Made by a program: the position numbers and the translations under genes
IMG/VR virus record: IMGVR_UViG_3300046786_000502
Span: 52,894-116,893 of that record
Direction: 5' to 3' (one strand)
DNA length: 64,000 bases
Origin: a virus
Shown: positions 51,425 through 60,454 of the stretch, piece after piece
Layout of the letters: the number at the start of each line of letters is the position of its first letter
Position numbering within the stretch: position 1 is the stretch's first letter
Notes under the pieces: generated by a model
What the model saw: the letters and a program-made list of their open reading frames with translations, nothing else
What the model was told of the DNA's origin: nothing
Database searches by the model: none

Positions 51425-52141
51425 CTATTTTTTAGTTGCACTAAACAGAATGTCATTGCGATTAAATACACATTGCGAACAGGTTACACATGCACTGCCA
51501 CTTTCACTAATAAGTTTAATTTTTTTAGCATTTTCGGGGCATGGTACTGCAGCCTTTTCTTGAATGTTAGCAAAATCTAATTTACCTTCTGCAAAAGTCT
51601 TAGCAAGGTATGCAAGCTTTACATCATGCTTCTTCTTTAGTTGAATGCCTAGTGAGCGGTTAGCACTATCAGTACTAAAATAAAGTGATAGGTTAGCAAT
51701 TCCCATTAGTGGTTCAATAGCGAATTCTGAACGGGTATAAGCCCAAAATTGTGTATCTGCATGCTTAAGAATTACATCCTTCCATGCCAATACATAAGTC
51801 TCATTAAAGAAATCGCCATCCCAGTGCAAGCGGAATAGTTTTTCTGCATTACGCTTATCACAGTCCTTCTTGAATGAAACGATCATCTCATCCAATAGGT
51901 TGTACATGGTTAGATAATCAGCGTCTTTAAGTTGCTCCCAATTGTTGAGCAATACATTCTTTACGCCTTTATAGACTTTTTCGAGCTTTCCTGCATAGCA
52001 GACACTTTCACATACAGTGGTTGCACCAGGGCACGAGTAAGCCTTTCCACTAGGTAATCCAAAAGTGTTGGCGATAGTTGGGGTTTTTCCATTTGGTGAG
52101 ACTGCATTAGTGACTTTCCTATCTTTCGAACGAATTAGCAT
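51425..52141 (-). CDS. GP88-like protein (actinophage Cys-rich family)
   Basis: FGLPSG..SCPGAT..C..VCYA, FRLHWDGDFF, FWAYTR, CPE, CVTCSQC. Confidence 0.8.
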   Translation of the reverse strand: MLIRSKDRKVTNAVSPNGKTPTIANTFGLPSGKAYSCPGATTVCESVCYAGKLEKVYKGVKNVLLNNWEQLKDADYLTMYNLLDEMIVSFKKDCDKRNAEKLFRLHWDGDFFNETYVLAWKDVILKHADTQFWAYTRSEFAIEPLMGIANLSLYFSTDSANRSLGIQLKKKHDVKLAYLAKTFAEGKLDFANIQEKAAVPCPENAKKIKLISESGSACVTCSQCVFNRNDILFSATKK

Positions 52142-52172
52142 TAGGGGTCCTTTCTTTCTTTAAACTATTTTA

Positions 52173-52460
52173 TCAGTAATCTTCATCCATGTCAAGCCAT
52201 GCGTCAAGGTGGTGAGCCTCAATAATTGCATAGGCAGGGGCTTCAATTGCTCCACGCCATGATACGCCATCGGGCAGGGTAATCATACGTGAGCCTTCAT
52301 CTTCATTGTAAGCGTTAATAGCCTCAATACATGGCTGCACCATAGATAGTGGCACAGGTGGATAGTGGTTGCCTCTCAAGTGCATACCAATTGCGTCTTC
52401 TAGTGTTAGATTAGGGAATAGGTCTGAATCAGCCAATTCCATTGCCATGTTGCTTCCCAT
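52173..52460 (-). CDS. Hypothetical protein
   Basis: AAGGA RBS; HLRGNHYPPVP, HHLDAWL. Confidence 0.7.
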   Translation of the reverse strand: MGSNMAMELADSDLFPNLTLEDAIGMHLRGNHYPPVPLSMVQPCIEAINAYNEDEGSRMITLPDGVSWRGAIEAPAYAIIEAHHLDAWLDMDEDY

Positions 52461-52762
52461 TTTATCCTTCTTTCTCTTGGTCAATAATAGCATTGTAGAT
52501 ACTACTTTGTCTAGTCCTTTGACGGCGTGTCCTTCTATCAAGGTGAGTGCCACTAGCGTTGCTACGCCTAATCTCTCTCATAGCCTCAGCCATAGCAGGG
52601 TTGGCAGTTGGCTTATACTTCTTAGGCTTATCTTTCTTCATACCCTAATGCTAGCAGAAACGGGTGACATTTGTCAAGTCCACTTAATTAGTTTTTCTTA
52701 AATGTTATCAAAATGTTATAAAGGCGAGCCCATCCTGGATCATTTGTCAAGCTGACACGCTG

Positions 52763-52894
52763 TTAGAATGGTGGGGCGTTATCATCTTCTGCGTCACGAT
52801 ATCCAGCGGAATAGCCAGAAGAAAACGCAAACTTATACACGATAAAAGCGATTACGATATCGACAAGTAGATTGAAGCCGTTATAAAAAATCAT
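52763..52894 (-). CDS. Small membrane protein (not in ORF track)
   Basis: AGAAAGGA RBS; MIFYNGFNLLVDIVIAFIVYKFAF...PPF. Confidence 0.6.
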   Translation of the reverse strand: MIFYNGFNLLVDIVIAFIVYKFAFSSGYSAGYRDAEDDNAPPF

Positions 52895-52923
52895 TAGTTA
52901 TCCTTTCTTTCTTTTAGTATAGA

Positions 52924-53067
52924 CTATGGCAGTAAATCTGTCAAGTCTTCGCCAAGGTATTCCTCAGCGTCTTTCATAGGCATAAGCCCCTTGTAGTCAT
53001 TACATTCGTGGCAGACATAGCCCTCCACGATTGTGTAGCAGAAGACACATACTGTTAGTTCGTTCAT
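52924..53067 (-). CDS. Small zinc-finger protein
   Basis: AAGGAG RBS; CVFC...CHECNDYKGLM. Confidence 0.65.
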   Translation of the reverse strand: MNELTVCVFCYTIVEGYVCHECNDYKGLMPMKDAEEYLGEDLTDLLP

Positions 53068-53307
53068 TTTGAACTCCTTTCTTTTAACTAAGATAATTAA
53101 ATCACAGAACTTCTGGAAAGTCAAGCGACACGCCGTATCTTAATTATAACAATTTGATAACGGGGCGAGCCCACGCAGTCGGGCGTGTCGCCCTCCTGGT
53201 GGATCCGTTTTATTGATTCTGTGCGATCTCAGCTTTTAGTTTAGCAATTGTTAAAGCTTGAGACATATTAAGAATGATTAAAAGAATTGTGAAAAGAGTT
53301 TGAGCCA

Positions 53308-53496
53308 TTACTCTTCTCCCTCTCCTAGTTCTGCGAACACAGCGTCAATAAACTTTTGGTAATTGAAGTTTGGGTTATCATTTTCAAACATCTCTGCGAA
53401 ACCATCTGCGATTTCTTGAAGAACAAGAAAGTCAATCTCATCAGTAAATTGGTTTAGAATGTTTGCGGTCTGAACATAGTCTTTACGAGTCATCAT
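53308..53496 (-). CDS. Small phage protein (MMTRKDY...DNPNF family)
   Basis: RBS, promoter, recognisable motif. Confidence 0.75.
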   Translation of the reverse strand: MMTRKDYVQTANILNQFTDEIDFLVLQEIADGFAEMFENDNPNFNYQKFIDAVFAELGEGEE

Positions 53497-53751
53497 TTTA
53501 TTTTCTATCCTTTTCTATTTGGTTTGTGTTATTAGTTTAGTGTATTGGTCTGACATTTACAAGCATTTACTGTTATCGTGTCGCCTGTTATTTTTACAGT
53601 GGCAAGGGTATCGCATGAGTCACAGATAAAGATTTCCATTTGTTAAGCCTCACAATCATGACCGAAATACCATTCGGCAGCCTCATCAGCATTCCATAGG
53701 TCAAAAGTACGATTACATTCTTTACATTTCATTGACATTAGTTGTCCTTTC

Positions 53752-53949
53752 TTAGTTAGTACGAACAGCGATTGTACGATACTTGTATCCAATTCCATAC
53801 TCTGGACGGATAGTTACAAGATACGCTTCTGCGTCTGAGTAAAATACATCATCACGCTTTTCTGCGTATTCGATTACACCTCTAAGAGTGTGTGAGCGAT
53901 AGTAAGTTCCCTTTAGGGCTTCTTCGATTGTATAGACATTTGCTGACAT
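53752..53949 (-). CDS. Hypothetical protein
   Basis: AGAAAGG RBS and promoter. Confidence 0.7.
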   Translation of the reverse strand: MSANVYTIEEALKGTYYRSHTLRGVIEYAEKRDDVFYSDAEAYLVTIRPEYGIGYKYRTIAVRTN

Positions 53950-53999
53950 TAGTTGTCACCTTTCTTTAGTAGTTTAATTGTATAACAGGGGTCTGACAT

Positions 54000-54296
54000 T
54001 TAGATAATTGAGTAATTATCTTGGTGAGCAACACACTCACCGATTTCACCATTTAGGTGGTAGTGAGTATCTAAACCCATTTCAATTTCTTTTCCGTTAT
54101 CAAGAGTGATACGGACAGCGTGGGCATTGTGCCCGTGAATCTTAGTTACAACACCAACAGCGTTAGCATTAGTGTAAAACATCTTACGGGCTAAGAAAGA
54201 GCCATTAGGCTTTTCTGAACCTTCGATTTTTTTACTACCTGCACGATTGTAGATAGCAACGGCTGAACCGATTTCAATAGTACGAAACTTTTTCAT
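54000..54296 (-). CDS. Hypothetical protein
   Basis: GAAAGGAG RBS and promoter. Confidence 0.7.
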   Translation of the reverse strand: MKKFRTIEIGSAVAIYNRAGSKKIEGSEKPNGSFLARKMFYTNANAVGVVTKIHGHNAHAVRITLDNGKEIEMGLDTHYHLNGEIGECVAHQDNYSII

Positions 54297-54646
54297 TTTT
54301 AGTTCTCCTTTCAAGAGACTTTCTTTAACTTTCTATGACTAAAGTCTATCATAGGGGTCTGACAAATTGGTAGTCACAAATCGGACATTTGCCACATTTG
54401 TGATTGTGATTTAGGTCTCATTTATTCGCTAGGCTCACCCGTTTTTCGGTTTATTTGCTAGGCTCATTTTGACCTAAATTCCTCTATTTATTTATAAGAT
54501 AAGACTAGCAGACATATCTCAAAAAGTCAAATCGACACGCCGTGTTTTTGGGAAATTTTTATAACGGTCTTATAACGACACGCCCGACCACGGGGGCGAG
54601 CCTACTTTGATCACTTTGTCAAGCTTTCATTTCGGCGTGTTGCGTT

Positions 54647-54829
54647 TTAGATTTTGGCTTTACCAACCAAAGTACCTGAAATAGAAAGTGCATCACACGC
54701 AACTTTCACTGCAATCCCAGCAGGTAATTTTGCAGGGTAGTCATTTATGAACTGAGCAACTGCACCCTTACTAGGGAGAGAGATTACGGACACATTACCA
54801 TTGAATGTTTCTAGTTTTACTTTATACAT
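54647..54829 (-). CDS. Hypothetical protein
   Basis: TAATG overlap. Confidence 0.65.
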   Translation of the reverse strand: MYKVKLETFNGNVSVISLPSKGAVAQFINDYPAKLPAGIAVKVACDALSISGTLVGKAKI

Positions 54830-55011
54830 TAGTTAGATACCTTCCAATCAGACCAACCAGATAGGCGGTCACTGTCATAGTCCATGTACCATGACTCAAT
54901 ATTATTTTCACACACTTCACAGAATGTGTAGCAAGTGTCATTGTGGAATGACTTAGCAGACTTATTAGGGACATGCTTTTCACATGTTATTGTTTTTTCT
55001 AGTGTTATCAT
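54829..55011 (-). CDS. Small Cys/His protein
   Basis: AGAAAGG RBS; CEKH, TFCEVCENNI. Confidence 0.65.
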   Translation of the reverse strand: MITLEKTITCEKHVPNKSAKSFHNDTCYTFCEVCENNIESWYMDYDSDRLSGWSDWKVSN

Positions 55012-55303
55012 TTTGACAACCTTTCTTTATTAACTGATAGGACTATCCTAGCATAGGGGTCTGACAAATAGGGGCTTTATTTGCTAAGGCTCACTGTGAT
55101 ACTAGTCACATTTATTTGCTTAGGCTCATTACCTTATTTATCTTTATTTAATTGTTTATAGTAGAATACTAGCAGATAAAACCCAAAAAGTCAAGTTTAG
55201 ACACGCACAAAACGGACATTTTCCAAGTGTTTTATGTCACATAACATAAGGGACAAAACGGACATTTGGGCGAGCCGATTTTTGATCTTTTGTCAAGTAG
55301 CTT

Positions 55304-55477
55304 TTACATTTTTCTTAGCATTTCGTTATAGTCTGCTAATGCTTGAGCGAATAATTCGGGGTACTGAAGAGCAATAGCCTCTATACGCTTATCGCTATCC
55401 TTCATCTCTTGAAAGGTACCACCCCAATGGGCAGAGTGGTTTTCTGCTATTTCTTGAATCATAGAGTCATAGTTCAT
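55304..55477 (-). CDS. Hypothetical protein
   Basis: TAATG overlap; start at MNYDS. Confidence 0.55.
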   Translation of the reverse strand: MNYDSMIQEIAENHSAHWGGTFQEMKDSDKRIEAIALQYPELFAQALADYNEMLRKM

Positions 55478-55824
55478 TAGGCTACTACCACCTTTACACC
55501 ATTTTCGGTGTAGTAGATTTCGCAAGGGGTAGTTTCACCCTTAGCAGTAGGGCAGTAAGTAACACTCTTACTGCTAGCGTGGTTAGTTATTCCCTTTAGG
55601 TAGTTATCCTTAGAGAAGTAACCCTTTACTAGGTAGATAGTGTGTTCCCAACCTCTACCTGATACAGCAGAGTTAGTTACTGACTCACCACATACAGAGC
55701 AAGTACCAAACCATAGGCGGTTATCTTTACGGAAACCATCAGCAGGGTTTTCTACTGAGAAGTTAGTACCAATTCCGTTGATACGGATTGAATCGAAGTT
55801 TTCTTTTGTTATTACTAGTGACAT
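55477..55824 (-). CDS. Hypothetical protein, first gene of the minus-strand array
   Basis: AGAAAGGA RBS; CSVCG. Confidence 0.7.
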   Translation of the reverse strand: MSLVITKENFDSIRINGIGTNFSVENPADGFRKDNRLWFGTCSVCGESVTNSAVSGRGWEHTIYLVKGYFSKDNYLKGITNHASSKSVTYCPTAKGETTPCEIYYTENGVKVVVA

Positions 55825-56069
55825 TTTATTGTCCTTTCTTTTTTATTACTATCTTTTCTTTATGTATAAAGACTAACACACACCACTGACAAATACAAGC
55901 CTATTTGGGGTGTTTTTGATAACGTTTTGGTAACATTTAGGTGGGGGTGGTATGTGCTCACTATAGATTTATCGACTTTTATTCTAAAACGTGTATCGTA
56001 CACTTATTAAAAATATTCAGATTTTTGCAATTTTGGATTCACGTGAAACAGCCAGGGTATAATAGAGTT

Positions 56070-56243
56070 ATGGAAGATCAATTTGATAAAGAATATCCCC
56101 AATACGATAACTGGGCTATAAAAATTTTTTCAGAAACATGCTGCAATGGATGTTTGTGTAAATCAGAGAATGAGCATAAAAAAAGACCAGATACAGTAGA
56201 AACTGAGTCTGGTCTAATTTTGAACGGTACGGTTAACGACTAG
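56070..56243 (+). CDS. Small Cys-containing protein
   Basis: GGTATAAT then ATG; CCNGCLC. Confidence 0.5.
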   Translation: MEDQFDKEYPQYDNWAIKIFSETCCNGCLCKSENEHKKRPDTVETESGLILNGTVND

Positions 56244-56430
56244 TATTAATGTAACCGTGTTCAACAAGCAAATCAAACAATAGACCATTCACATACATCA
56301 TCTGAGGACGTTGCTGTGATAGCTGCTGTTCAACTTGATCTTGTGGAACATTATGTTGCTGTGCCATAGCACGATTCATGTTATCAATATGATCACTCAT
56401 AAGCTGAACCACTTCGTCACGTAGTAACAT
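56233..56430 (-). CDS. Hypothetical protein
   Basis: AAGGAG RBS. Confidence 0.65.
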   Translation of the reverse strand: MLLRDEVVQLMSDHIDNMNRAMAQQHNVPQDQVEQQLSQQRPQMMYVNGLLFDLLVEHGYINTSR

Positions 56431-56533
56431 TTTGTCTCCTTTTCCCTATAGGTATTTATATGATATCACAATTTGGATATTGGTGTCAAATAATTTCGGG
56501 GGATATAAATAGCGTAGCTATTGCGTAGCAGGC

Positions 56534-56743
56534 TTACCACTTCTTAGCAGGACAACTCGCTTGAGTCAATGTAGCCTTTAATGACATAAAGCATCCACAT
56601 AGCCTACATCTCTGAGTCTTTTGACGAAAGAATTCACATTGATGGCATATATCTAATCTTGCCTGTATTAGGTCTTTGTCGCCTGTTCTAGCCCCTGGTT
56701 TTAATAGGTCTAAGGGAGTTACCTCTTTACCGCTGTTTTCCAT
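56534..56743 (-). CDS. DUF6171-like Cys-rich protein
   Basis: RLDICHQC...CRLCGCFM..K..L..ASCP..KW. Confidence 0.75.
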   Translation of the reverse strand: MENSGKEVTPLDLLKPGARTGDKDLIQARLDICHQCEFFRQKTQRCRLCGCFMSLKATLTQASCPAKKW

Positions 56744-56781
56744 TTAATCATTTTATCATAAATCTCCTGTATAATAGACAC

Positions 56782-57486
56782 ATGGCAATGGAACTTTTCA
56801 CACACTCAACACCAGAAGGCACAATTAGTCTATATGGTGGTCCAGATGTTTATCATCCGCTAGGAAGCACACTTTATGCAATCAAGATTTTAACAGATTT
56901 GGTTACAGAGCACAATCTAACTAATCAGACTGTTTTGGATCTTGGTGCTGGTGCTGGAGGTATTGGTACCTTGGTAAAGGTAACTCACCCAACATTCGAT
57001 GTTCACTTTGTAGAGAACGATTTGGCAGCACAGCCATATATCGAAAAGAACCTCAAGGAGAACGGTGTCAAGAAAGCTGATGTAACCATCAATATGCTCG
57101 ATGCAGATCTTGTTGGAACTACATACGATGCAGGTACTTTCGATGTTGTAATCTCTACACCTCCTACCCTGCCAGACATCATTAAGACTCTTGGTGTACA
57201 CAACACAAATGAAAATGATCCAGCTCACACAGTTTATGGTGGTGCACATGGTACAGAGCTTCACGCTAAGTTTATCAATGCTGCAAAGCAGGTACTTAAG
57301 TCAGAAGGATTTATCATCGTACACTGCACAAAGTCTCAGGTAGAAACTGCATATGAAGTTCCAAATATGCTTCTAGATGCAGGCTTCACAAATATCACAT
57401 ACATCCTGGACGATAACGATCTACCAGAAGATTCAGAGAACTTCCCAGCTATTCAATCTGGTTGGGTTGTAGCTCAAAAGATTTAA
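56782..57486 (+). CDS. HemK/PrmC-like class I SAM methyltransferase
   Basis: VLDLGAGAGGIG, FDVVISTPP, DPAHTVYGG..G. Confidence 0.8.
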   Translation: MAMELFTHSTPEGTISLYGGPDVYHPLGSTLYAIKILTDLVTEHNLTNQTVLDLGAGAGGIGTLVKVTHPTFDVHFVENDLAAQPYIEKNLKENGVKKADVTINMLDADLVGTTYDAGTFDVVISTPPTLPDIIKTLGVHNTNENDPAHTVYGGAHGTELHAKFINAAKQVLKSEGFIIVHCTKSQVETAYEVPNMLLDAGFTNITYILDDNDLPEDSENFPAIQSGWVVAQKI

Positions 57487-57508
57487 TATAATTCTTATAT
57501 TAGCAACT

Positions 57509-57534
57509 GCTCACTCTTTTAGAGTGGGCTTTTT
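57509..57534 (+). terminator. Intrinsic terminator
   Basis: GCTCACTCT-ttt-AGAGTGGGC-TTTTT. Confidence 0.75.
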
Positions 57535-57610
57535 GCTTATTGGAATTTGGGTATCTCTATATCACGCCGAACTTATCCGCTGGCTCAAAAGATACTTTGT
57601 CGCTTCGCTT

Positions 57611-57630
57611 TTATCCACAATTGTTGATAA
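57611..57630. promoter_or_regulatory. Inverted pair of DnaA boxes
   Basis: TTATCCACA-at-TGTTGATAA (second box has one mismatch). Confidence 0.5.
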
Positions 57631-57660
57631 CTTTAAAAAATAAAGTATAATTAGATCATC

Positions 57661-57924
57661 ATGAATTCTCTCAACTCCGCTCAGATGGTTCTTGGAATTT
57701 TCATTTCAATAGCTACTATTTTATCCCTCACAGCAGCAGGAGTTCGTTGGCTTGTAAAGCATTATCTCAGCGAACTTAAACCCAATGGTGGCGGAAGCTT
57801 AAAAGATAAAATTAATGTCCTAGAGGCAAGAATTAACGAGGCGGATCAGATGCGTAGAGACATGAATAAGAAAATTGATAAAATGTATGATATCTTGATT
57901 GATTACATTTCTAAAAAGGGTTAA
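57661..57924 (+). CDS. Membrane protein with ELKPNGGGSLKD motif (actinophage lysis-associated type)
   Basis: N-terminal TM, PNGGxS motif, coiled coil. Confidence 0.7.
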   Translation: MNSLNSAQMVLGIFISIATILSLTAAGVRWLVKHYLSELKPNGGGSLKDKINVLEARINEADQMRRDMNKKIDKMYDILIDYISKKG

Positions 57925-58108
57925 TATATATATAATATATATAATATATAAGATATATTCTACTTAAAGATATTATTTAATATTTAATATAATAATAATT
58001 ATAGCATAGAGTTCTGTTCTTTGAGGCCAGAAATGAAGAAATCTTTATAACGATTTGATAACTCTTTTAAAAATAGCAAAAAATATAGGTTTATGATATA
58101 ATTTAAAC

Positions 58109-58164
58109 GGCTAGTATCCAGGTTTGTCTCTCATACCCACCACGCTTGGATACTAGTCTTTTTT
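58109..58164 (+). ncRNA. Candidate ~56-nt hairpin sRNA
   Basis: TGATATAAT promoter at 58094; 14-bp stem, 22-nt pyrimidine-rich loop, TTTTTT. Confidence 0.55.
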
Positions 58165-58193
58165 ATCATTATTTGGTGTATAATGGAATCACT

Positions 58194-58579
58194 ATGACAA
58201 CAAACTGCAATAACCCAGCTATAGGTGCAGACCCAGTTATCCACAAGTGGACTGTGGTTCGTGGAGATACCTCCAACATCCTCGTAGAATTTCTTGAGGC
58301 TGATGAGAAGACATTTATAGACACCACAGGCTGGACTTACGTATCCAGTGCCTATGATCCAAAACTAGACACTGTCGATGAGCTAACGGTTGTTGCACAC
58401 CCTGGCTATGTAGAAGTAGTAGCCCCAGCTGATGTCACCAAGCTTTGGGGTACTGGGCATAATATGGTTGTTGCTGAGCTATCATACGATTTGCAAGTAA
58501 CTAAGGCAGATGGCACAATCTGGACACCAGTAATTGGAAATATCGTAGTTATCGGTGATGTTACATACGGAGGGTCTTT

Positions 58580-58583
<4 letters not shown>
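58194..58583 (+). CDS. Virion protein, BppU N-terminal-like
   Basis: WTVVRGDT, YDLQV, WTPVIG.I.VIGDVT. Confidence 0.65.
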
Positions 58584-59469
<886 letters not shown>

Positions 59470-59470
<1 letters not shown>

Positions 59471-59847
59471 TGGCATTTCCAGGAACATATAATATTTCTT
59501 ATTACAGCGGAGACACCTTCGAGTTTAGAATCTATCCAAAAGATTCATCTGGAGCAGCATACGATCTAAGCACATTCAACTCAGTAAGTTTTGTTATTGC
59601 TGAGTCAAGGGGTGCAGGTGCAATAAAGTATAACGGCTATGCAGAAATCGTATCTGACTCTGCAAACAATATCAGCTATATCAAGTGTGCAATTTTGCCA
59701 GGACAAGGACAAGCATTGGATGCATCAAAGACATACGTATACGATGTTGAGATCAATAAAGACGCTACCTTGACTGACTACGAGTACAACTACACTCTTC
59801 TTACTGGAACTATTACGATTACCGAAGATGTTGCAGGAGAAGTATAA
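59470..59847 (+). CDS. Virion protein, BppU N-terminal-like
   Basis: YYSGDTF, YVYDVEI, TLLTGTITITEDV. Confidence 0.65.
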
Positions 59848-60431
59848 TGGCAGACATTACCTCTACGATATCATCTGAAACATTGACAATTCTTGGTGGA
59901 CCTTCAACAGTTCAAGTATCCCTTGACGTTGGTCCAAAGGGTGATCGTGGAAACATGTTCTTTTACGGTCAGGGTAAGCCAACCGTTGTATCTTTGCCAC
60001 AAACAGCAAAAGTTTATGACATGTACGTAAATCTTCTACAGTCAGATAACGAATACAAAATGGTTTACCAATACATCTATGCTCCTGGTGGACCTAGATG
60101 GACTTCTGTATTTAAGCTAGAGCCAGATGTATTTAGAAAACAACTGATTGCTCAAGATTTTACAGATGGGCAGACTTGGGTATATATTCCAATTTCTCAA
60201 ATACTTGGAGATTCAGATGGAAGATCTATCTCTGCACAGAACTTTCACGTACAGTGTACTTTCAAGTCAACCAACCCAGTAGCATCTTCTGTAACGGTGT
60301 CTGAGGTTACTCTAGACGTAAACAACATGCTTGCCTTGCCAATTTCTATCAAGGCTGCTGAGTTCGATGGAGATTCTTGGTCACAGGTAGATGGCGAAAA
60401 AGATGTCTATCTAACCATATCTGTGATATAA
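59847..60431 (+). CDS. Virion structural protein
   Basis: GPKGDRG..FFYGQGKP; structural gene context. Confidence 0.6.
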   Translation: MADITSTISSETLTILGGPSTVQVSLDVGPKGDRGNMFFYGQGKPTVVSLPQTAKVYDMYVNLLQSDNEYKMVYQYIYAPGGPRWTSVFKLEPDVFRKQLIAQDFTDGQTWVYIPISQILGDSDGRSISAQNFHVQCTFKSTNPVASSVTVSEVTLDVNNMLALPISIKAAEFDGDSWSQVDGEKDVYLTISVI

Positions 60432-60454
60432 TTTAGTTTGAGTGAGGTAAATAA

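Larger units (their letters stand above)
47579..55891 (-). promoter_or_regulatory. Array of 11 TGTCRG-N10-TAnnnT (PafBC/RecA-NDp-like) promoters
   Basis: Sites at 47579-47600, 48889-48910, 50030-50051, 51202-51223, 51297-51318, 52648-52669, 53534-53555, 53977-53998, 54343-54364, 55045-55066, 55870-55891; spacer always 10 nt. Confidence 0.8.

Noticed and set aside
47579-55891. LexA SOS boxes in the minus-strand array
   Set aside because: I saw no actinobacterial CGAAC-N4-GTTCG palindromes in these spacers.
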